A stretch of DNA of 64,000 bases from Dictyostelium discoideum (taxonomy: Eukaryota), in the NCBI GenBank assembly GCA_000004695.1, contig CM000150.2, positions 1,632,001 through 1,696,000 of the forward strand, in the 5' to 3' direction. Position 1 is the stretch's first letter. Each line of letters opens with the position of its first letter. A program made the position numbers and the translations under genes. The notes below the pieces were generated by a model that had not been told where the DNA came from, searched no databases, and worked only from the letters and a program-made list of their open reading frames with translations. Positions 56,502 to 64,000 of this stretch are shown here, piece by piece.

Positions 56502-57200
56502 ATGGCTGGTGATCACTCAACTGAATTACAGTTAAATCATACAGATAACATCACAACCAATACAAATAATACCTCCACAACCTCAACAACAAAAAACAAA
56601 AGTGCAAAAATCGACACACCTGAAAAACAAACCCCAACAAACCAACTCTCACTAAACAAAGGACTTGATAATCAATTAGATATCATTGCACCTCCATCAA
56701 TCACAAGACCACTCTCTTTCTTAGAAAAAAACAATAACACCATCAACATTAAGTGTTACTTTAATCAACCACACATCCTTGAAGAATTAACCTCTAAAGA
56801 TGACACAAGAATCCAACAAATTCACAAAAACATTCACAAACTCTTCGAAGATATACTGTCGCCATCAGCATTTAAAATAATTGGTGCAACTGCCTTCGTA
56901 AATTGCAACGTTGATAAATTAACTTCAATAATCAACCTTCAAAACCAACTTGCACTAAATATAGACAAACTCAATAATGAAATTTCACACAAAAGTGATT
57001 CTTCAAATAATAATAACGGGAAAAACTCATTATCAATGAGCAATCCAACCGATCCAACAATTGTACCACAAAAACCTCTACAATCCCAACCAAACAAACC
57101 AAGTGCACCAACTCCAAATACAATAAATACAAGAAGAAGCAGCAATGCCCTGACTACACAACCAGTCAATACTGGTGCTGCCAAACCTAGTAAGGTATGA
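56502..57200 (+). CDS. Retrotransposon ORF1 protein (232 aa) of the TRE3-like element
   Basis: An intact ORF whose stop overlaps the ORF2 ATG. It is T/N/P-rich and has no recognisable enzymatic motif. Confidence 0.55.
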   Translation: MAGDHSTELQLNHTDNITTNTNNTSTTSTTKNKSAKIDTPEKQTPTNQLSLNKGLDNQLDIIAPPSITRPLSFLEKNNNTINIKCYFNQPHILEELTSKDDTRIQQIHKNIHKLFEDILSPSAFKIIGATAFVNCNVDKLTSIINLQNQLALNIDKLNNEISHKSDSSNNNNGKNSLSMSNPTDPTIVPQKPLQSQPNKPSAPTPNTINTRRSSNALTTQPVNTGAAKPSKV

Positions 57201-58463
57201 GCTCAAAAATCAACTTTATAACATGGAATTGTAGAGGATTCACTGAAAACCCAAACAATCAACACAATTCCTACCAAAAAGCTGTTGACACACTACAACT
57301 ACTTATATCAAAACTTCCACCTCGTCCAACAATCTCAATACTCACTGAACTCAATTCATCACCATTACAACTTAAACATTATTTTCCCGATCACATCATC
57401 TCTGTCACCAAACGAGGAAATGGTGTAATCATCATTAACCATAACCCAAACACACTCAAACTCAAACACATATCAACAATTGATATTACCAATCAATCCC
57501 AAAACAATAAAGAAATTTCACACAAAAGTGATTCTTCAAATAATAATAACGGGAAAAACTCATTATCAATGAGCAATCCAACCATGGTAGAGCTATTTTA
57601 GCAGACGTTATATTTCCAAATCAATTACCAATTGGTATTCTTGGAATTTACGCACCAGCATCAAATAATACCATCAAAAAGAATTCATATGCAACTTCAC
57701 TACAAACACTTCTCCACAACCACTCAACAAACCCAATACCAAACCAATCCCAACATGTATCTATTATCGCAGGAGATTTCAACTCTATCCACAACGACAA
57801 TTCACTATAAGATGATATTATCCAATCCTACACATACCAACACCATTTAATTGATCAAGGTGAATTTAAAAACACTCCAACTCATACACATGGCAACAGA
57901 TTAGATAGAATATATACTCAATACAATAGAATAGACCCTGAAAATATATATACACAAGTCCACCAAATTCCATCTTCATTATCAGATCATAATCCAACCA
58001 TGAAGCAATCAATATTATCAATCATTTAATAACTAATCACAATAACACATCAATCAATCAATTTACAAACTGGTCAAAAGTAAAATCAAAAATTATTAAA
58101 ACTCTAAAAAACTATCAATATAACAAAGACAAACAAACTCAACGTTCAAAACAAATACTATTAGGAAAAGCAGCAAAATTCAAACATCTTGAAGAACAAT
58201 GCATCGCTGAATACAATATTATATGTAACAAAAACAAATTACATCAAAACCACACAAACATATTAAAAAAACATATAAATGGAGAAATACCTTGCAAGTA
58301 TCTATCAGCAATACTAAACAAAAGATCAAAACATGCAAAAATTGAATCAATCCAATATGGTAACATCATTACATCCGACCCCGACCAAATTGAAAATGCG
58401 TTTGTTGAATTCTACACAAATCTATATAGCTTACAAATATGTTGTCCAATTACTCACCAGCTC

Positions 58464-58910
58464 ATGCCAAACACATGGCCCATCATAAAAAATGAATATT
58501 TGAATGGTTTAGACTCACCATTTATACAAGATGAAGTTGAAGCTGCAATTAAAACCTGTAACCCCAACGAATCACCCGGTCCAGATGGCGTTACAAATGC
58601 TTTCTACTTTAATCATTTAAACCAAGTTAAACCAATTCTCACTACATTATTCTACGATATACTAGAAAATCCTCACCACATCACAACAGAATTCACCGAA
58701 GGTCTTATACACACAATATACAAGAAAGGCAACCCCTTACTCATATCAAATCGTCGTCCCATTACACTTCTAAACACTGATTACAAGATCCTCTCAAAAG
58801 TAATCAATGCACGTCTTCTGAGAATACTTCCTTTCATCATCAACAACAACCAAACTGGTTTCGTACCCCACAGATTCATCATAGACAACATCATCAACAT
58901 CAATGAATAA
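58464..58910 (+). CDS. Reverse-transcriptase fragment of the retrotransposon ORF2 (disrupted)
   Basis: Non-LTR RT motifs SPGPDG and RPITLLNTDYKILSKV. The frame is broken on both sides. Confidence 0.7.
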   Translation: MPNTWPIIKNEYLNGLDSPFIQDEVEAAIKTCNPNESPGPDGVTNAFYFNHLNQVKPILTTLFYDILENPHHITTEFTEGLIHTIYKKGNPLLISNRRPITLLNTDYKILSKVINARLLRILPFIINNNQTGFVPHRFIIDNIININE

Positions 58911-61169
58911 ATCAACTACCTCAAATCTAAAAACCTCCCTGGTATAATCACACTATTTGACTTCTTTAAAGCATTTGATTCTATCTCTCACCTTGTTTTA
59001 ATACTATCAAAAGAACATTAATTCATATTGGTATACCAATAAAATTAATAAATTTAATCCACAAGCTATTATTTGATTCACAAGCAAAAATTTCAATTAA
59101 TGGTAAAACCACCAGAAAATTCGATATTAAAAGAGGTGTAAAACAAGGTGACCCAATCTCAGCCACTTTATTTGTAATTGTAATTGAAATATTAGCAAGA
59201 ACAATAAATGCAGACAATACAATAATTGGATTACCAATTTCATCCAATCCACAAATTAAAATCAAATTTACCCAATTTGCAGACGAATCTACAACATACA
59301 ACATCAACTACGAACAACAACAATCAATCAAACATTTCGATAATTTATGTGCTAAAACATCATCATCATTAAATTTTGACAAAAGTGCAATAATAGAAAT
59401 CAACCCCCACAAAATCACTGATAAACACATAATAAACAACGTTCCACAATCAAAAAGAATACCAATAACCAAAAAAGATTAATCAGAAAGAGTCCTAGGC
59501 TATTTCTTTAATAATAATGGTTTACATAGGAAATTACCAGAAACAATGAAAACACTGAATAAATCATTAGTACTATGGAAAACTAGTGGCACACCAATAA
59601 CATATTTATCATACCTTGAAGAATTTACAAAAGATGAAGAAATTCAAATTAATAAATTAATCTCATGGTTTATGAATTCCGCAAATTCTGAATCACCAAC
59701 TCTCAATACCAATTCCATTGAAAACAACACATCAACCATCCATTCACGTGCAAAATTACCTTTGATGTGTTATGATAGATCATTAAAACCATTAAAAGAA
59801 GGTGGTTGGGGTATGTGGAATATACAATTACGAAAAGTTGCTCAAAAGAATTGGATATACAACAGATTTTTACAAATGCATATATCTGCAAACAATTCAA
59901 TATACATGATAAGTTGGATGGATCAAATCATCAACAAATCAATCTCTTCTCCATACCTTATAAAAATTAAAAAAGAATGGGAAAACTATGCAACTCAAAT
60001 TGGACATCTAAAAGATAAAGTTAAAATCCTACAACCAATATTAATAAAAAATCAAACCTCTCAAACATTAACCACAAATAATATTCCACTACCACCAACA
60101 CTCAAAGAAATCTACTCGACAATACTCAACAATCACCAATGTAAATCAAAAGACTATATTGGCAAGAAATATTCAGATCTACTTCTTACTTCGCACCAAC
60201 AATTAATACAACTATTATGGAAATACACATACGACCAACTATTTGTCAAAATTCAAAAATTAAAAGATCCAAAAGGCCGTGATACAATGCAAAGATTCCA
60301 TGCTAGATGTCTTCCGATTAATCACCTACACAACAAAGTTTGCCCCATTTGCAACAATGAAATGAATAATGATCCCTATGGTCATTTGTTTTTCAATTGT
60401 CAGCACACAATCAACTTCATAAACCACGACAAATTAAAATATTTTATATATAAAAATTGCAATGGAAACAAAAACTGGTCACTAACAAAAAACCAAACAA
60501 CAAAATTATACACTCATTTATAAACCACAAACAAACAACAAAGCATTTAAACCAGATCCAACTATCATGAATGGGGGGAGGAGACAGGGGACAGGGGACA
60601 GGGGACAGGGGGGGAGATTTGAAGTTTTTTTTTAAATTTTTTAGTCAGTTGCAAATACAAATACATTGGCATATAATAAATAAAACTATTGATTGGAGTG
60701 AAATAAATAATCCAATAAATAAAAGAGAAAAAAAAAAAAATTCCGAATGAATAAATAAAATAAATCAACTTCCATTAATATTAATATTAAAGAAAAAAAA
60801 AAATTAAATATATAATTCCAACAAACAATTATTTTTAAAAATTAAAGAGTGGAAGCTAAATTTGGAATGTTAAAAGATTTTTGTGTCAGATTTTTTATTA
60901 AAAAAAAAAATTAATTTAATAATAAATTGTATATTAAAAAAAACATGACCACCAATGATTATGAAAACGTTTTAAAAAAAACACGTATTTAAAAATGAAA
61001 AATTATCTTGAAAAAATGAGTTTTTTAACAAAATTATGTGACTTTTTTTAAGTTTTGGCATAGGGTTTCCTTTTTAGATTAACAAAAAATATTGCAAAGT
61101 TGGTTATATTCAATAACAATATTAAAAATGGTTAATTTATCTTAAAAAATCGATAAAAAATTAATAATG

Positions 61170-61234
<65 letters not shown>

Positions 61235-61319
61235 ATAAAAAAAAAAAAAAAAGAACAATCAGTTTCAAAAATAATAAATAAATTAAATAAATCAAATAAA
61301 TAAATAAAAAAATAAAAAA

Positions 61320-61952
61320 ATGGGTATTGAAAATCAATTTCAACAACAAATTCCACAACCATTGTTAGTTCCAGTAAATGAAATAAACCAAGAAAAATAT
61401 ATTGTCAACCAATATTCAAAAACTCAACTTAAAGGTTCATTTTTAAAGGGATTTTCTGAAACATTTCCATATGAATTGACAAATGTAATGGCTCCACAAG
61501 ACTATCAAAGTATTATTAAAGAAATAAATGGAATATCAAAAACTAAAAAAATTCCAATCAAAGGATTTTTCGGTTTATTAGTAGTTTCAATCACTCTTTT
61601 ATTCTTTAGTCCTTTGGCTTTCGTCGTTATTTTCCCAATTGCAATTTCTTTAATTACAGTTTCATTAGTTTGTGTGCAATATTTCTCAAAGAGAATTCAA
61701 GAGAAAATTGAAAAAACCTTAATTAATTTTAATAATGTCTTTGCAATTCGTAGAGTTAACATTGAACTTTCAAAGAAATGTATGTTTTTGAAAACCAAAG
61801 TTAAAATTGTCTATCCAGCATCTCTTGCAATTCAACCAGTTATGTACAATATTCAACCAATTCAACAAGCTTTTTATCAACAACCAACAACAGTTGGAAA
61901 AGTTGAAACAACCAAAAATGAAGATACAGCTTCTTTATTATCAAAAGTTTAA
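61320..61952 (+). CDS. Small hypothetical membrane protein (210 aa) with one long hydrophobic hairpin
   Basis: An intact ATG ORF. The hydrophobic region GFFGLLVVSITLLFFSPLAFVVIFPIAISLITVSLVCV is present. The termini are Q/P-rich. Confidence 0.4.
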   Translation: MGIENQFQQQIPQPLLVPVNEINQEKYIVNQYSKTQLKGSFLKGFSETFPYELTNVMAPQDYQSIIKEINGISKTKKIPIKGFFGLLVVSITLLFFSPLAFVVIFPIAISLITVSLVCVQYFSKRIQEKIEKTLINFNNVFAIRRVNIELSKKCMFLKTKVKIVYPASLAIQPVMYNIQPIQQAFYQQPTTVGKVETTKNEDTASLLSKV

Positions 61953-62067
61953 ATAATTTATTTTTTTAAAATTAATTTATAAAATAAATTATTATCAGTT
62001 TTTTAAATAACATTTAATGATTTTTTATTTTTATTTTATTTTTTTAAAATTTTTAAAATTAAAATAA

Positions 62068-63156
62068 TTATTGCCATCTTTTGGCACCATCTTTCATTAA
62101 ATAATTTACAGCATCATTAAATGAAATTGTTGAATAACCTGATGAATCATATCTAGAAGCAAATGAATCACTTCTTAAAACTGGTAATAACATGAAGGCA
62201 CGTGATCCATTATCATAAACAACAACACCATTTGAATCAAAGAGCCATTTATATCTTCTATAATAATCGTATTCCAATAATCTAAAGTAATAAATTTGGT
62301 TATTAGATAATAGGTAAAATTAAAAAAATAAAACTATTTAAATGGAAATCTTACTCGAATGCATAAATCATATAGTTTTGGTAAACATAGTAATAATTAT
62401 TTGATAATTTTTGAGTTACATGAGTAAGCTATAGGTAAAAAATAAAGAAAAAATTAGTAAAAAATATTAAAAAAAAAGGAATGGATTGTTGTTTTTGTTT
62501 TATAGAGGTACCTCTTCATCATTAATTTGTTTATAGTCATAACCAGTGGTTAATTCTAATGTCTCTTCACATTTTGCAATACCTTCTACCAGACCTTGTT
62601 GGGATTCAAGAGAATAAGCTTTTATGAAGGACGAACCTTTCATTTGTGTTAATGAAGTGTCAACATCAAATCCGGATACTCTTTGGTCATAAAGATATCT
62701 TAAATAGCATGCAACTGGCTTTGCTACAACTAATTTTCAAAAAATAAAATTTAAAATTATTAATAATCTTAAAGATAATGGTTAATTAAAAAAGGTAATG
62801 TTTTTATAATGGCTTACTGTTAAAACGGTATGAAACTGAAGTATTTTCTGATTGTTTATAACCAACATAAAAATAAACCTTCTCCGACCATTCTGATTCA
62901 CACATAACAAATGGTTGTGGTAGTGTTTGATTGGTGGTAGCATCTGAAATATCTGACTATTTTCCATTGATATCAATATCTATAGATTTAATTTCTTTAT
63001 TTAAAATATAATAAAATTAATAATTACATTTTTTTTACATGTTACACTATTATTTAAATCAAAATCTCGTAAAGATGCTAAATTTGAAAATTGTTTTTGT
63101 AACTCTACATCATTAATATGTATTACTTTTGTTTTTTTATCTTCAATAGATTCCAT
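62068..63156 (-). CDS. Five-exon hypothetical gene (about 250 aa); exons 63156..63046, 62956..62818, 62729..62512, 62428..62355 and 62281..62068
   Basis: Manual splicing with GTAAG-type donors and AG acceptors gives a continuous frame: MESIEDKKTKVIHINDVELQK...|SDISDATTNQTLPQPFVMCESEWSEKVYFYVGYKQSENTSVSYRFN|IVAKPVACYLRYLYDQRVSGFDVDTSL...|LTHVTQKLSNNYYYVYQNYMIYAFE|ELLEYDYYRRYKWLFDSNGVVVYDNGSRAFMLLPVLRSD.... Codon usage is coding-like. I did not recognise the family. The exon 1 donor (GTAACA) is the weakest junction. Confidence 0.4.
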
Positions 63157-63578
63157 TTTTATTTATTTTTGTTTAAAAAAAAAAAAAAATAATTCAAAAA
63201 AAAGAAAAAAATCTAATTTTAAAAAAAAAAAAATATATCTCAAAAAAAAAAAAAAAAAAATAATTAAAAAAAAAAAATTAAATAAAATAAAATAATCGAT
63301 TGCTTATCGAAGAAATTAGATATTAATTTTTTTTTTTTTAATAATTAATCAATTAAGATCCGCAAAAAACCAAGATAGCAAAAAAAAAAACCGTTTTAAA
63401 ATGTTTACAAATTTTATTTTATTTTAATTATTTTATTTTAGTTTTTTTTTTTTTTTTAATAGATAATAAAGATATTTGATAATTTTTTATATTGGTTGTG
63501 ATCATCACAATGATTGTGAGATGAGATATTTTATTTTTATTTTATTTTTTTTATTTTTTTTTTTTATTTTCAACGTAA

Positions 63579-64000
63579 CCATGATTGATCAATTACAGAA
63601 ACGTCTTTAATGTATTCACTCCTATCAATTTTAAAAGTTTCACCAAACAAGACAAATTGATTAGACTCTGGAACAACAGAAGAAGTTGGGTGTAACAAAA
63701 CCTTACGAATTGGTTCAACAATGGTTTCATAAGAATTATCAGTTGTTGATTTTGCTACATTGTTAAAGAAACCCGATAAAAATGATTTTTTAATATGATC
63801 AGTTGATTGTTTACTACTACTTCCATCATCATTACATGATAATAATTTAACTGAAACTTTTGTTAAACAATTTAATAATTGATTTTTAATTTGTTGAACA
63901 GTTTGAATCGTTTGAAAATTAATTTGATTATCATTACACCAAATTGGTGAACATTTATTTGAAATAAATGAATTGTAAACATTTAATAATGTTAAATGAT
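63579..64000 (-). CDS. C-terminal end of a DEAH-box RNA helicase-like protein (gene continues beyond the window)
   Basis: The minus-strand frame is open from the window edge to a TGA at 63581-63579. Its tail ...LLHPTSSVVPESNQFVLFGETFKIDRSEYIKDVSVIDQSWLR resembles the OB-fold C-terminus of DEAH helicases (LHPSS...W..Y.E.V.TTK.Y.R.VT.I...WL). Confidence 0.35.

Larger units (their letters stand above)
56400..60740 (+). mobile_element. TRE3-like (tRNA-gene-targeted) non-LTR retrotransposon, defective/rearranged copy, inserted about 100 bp downstream of tRNA-Thr
   Basis: ORF1 at 56502..57200. ORF2 starts at 57197 with the overlapping ATGA and the APE-type endonuclease motif INFITWNCRGF; the EN motif IIAGDFNS later appears in another frame (57632..57850). 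Reverse-transcriptase motifs occur at 58464..58910 (SPGPDG, RRPITLLNTDYKILSKVINARL, QTGFVPHRFIIDNI) and near 59100-59200 (RGVKQGDPISATLF). A Cys-rich region near 60300-60430 is followed by a (GGGGACAGG)n tail at 60582-60615 and an A-rich end. Frameshifts, stops and an internal 72-bp duplication are present. Confidence 0.75.

Overview
This window looks like nuclear DNA of a Dictyostelium-type social amoeba, so it is eukaryotic chromosome, not a prokaryotic accessory island.

Evidence for that reading, all from the sequence:
- It is extremely AT-rich, with homopolymer A/T tracts of 20-60 nt.
- Proteins carry poly-Asn/Gln/Ser runs.
- Introns are short (70-130 nt), AT-rich, and follow GTAAGT...AG.
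- tRNA genes are followed by a second downstream B-box copy.
- Non-LTR retroelements sit next to tRNA genes.

The provided ORF track uses bacterial-style starts (TTG/GTG are read as M). Several of its ORFs are exons of spliced genes, and I re-joined those by hand.

Genes I can support from the sequence:
- An N-rich hypothetical protein.
- A GT10 alpha-1,3-fucosyltransferase with a mucin-like stalk and a C-terminal ConA/LamG-like domain.
- A peroxiredoxin of the BCP/PrxQ type.
- A dCTP deaminase-like protein.
- An FG-GAP/ASPIC (CRTAC1-like) protein.
- RNA polymerase I subunit RPA43.
- The F-actin capping protein beta subunit.
- An Aa_trans amino-acid transporter.
- A kinesin-6-like motor protein.
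- ESCRT-III CHMP1.
- S-adenosylhomocysteine hydrolase (sahA).
- A DedA/TVP38 membrane protein.
- A large ankyrin-repeat protein.
- A long S/T/P-rich protein.
- A DRP5/ARC5-like dynamin.
- An EEP-family nuclease-like protein.
- A GT14 (Branch) glycosyltransferase with an EGF-like domain.
- An NmrA-like NAD(P)-binding protein.
- Two small or multi-exon hypothetical genes.
- The C-terminus of a DEAH-box helicase running off the window edge.

RNA genes: tRNA-Asn(GTT), tRNA-Tyr(GTA) with an intron, and tRNA-Thr(AGT). Each has a B-box-like element 28-31 bp downstream.

Mobile DNA:
- A rearranged TRE3-like non-LTR retrotransposon lies about 100 bp downstream of tRNA-Thr. It has ORF1 plus an APE-endonuclease/RT ORF2 that carries frameshifts and an internal 72-bp duplication.
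- A 5'-truncated poly(A)-tailed retroelement remnant, flanked by a 17-bp target-site duplication, lies downstream of tRNA-Asn.

I found no CRISPR array, operon or defence-island-like architecture. The most unusual items are:
- Retroelement relics near the tRNA genes.
- A partial tandem duplicate of the tRNA-Tyr gene.
- A gene whose reading frame continues for about 118 codons past a single in-frame TAA.
- GC-rich structured islands in a 2-kb AT desert (candidate ncRNA genes).
- A decayed coding region with a 24-bp minisatellite.
- Two paralogous genes sharing a distinctive N-terminal motif.

All protein family assignments rest on motif recognition by eye, not on database searches.
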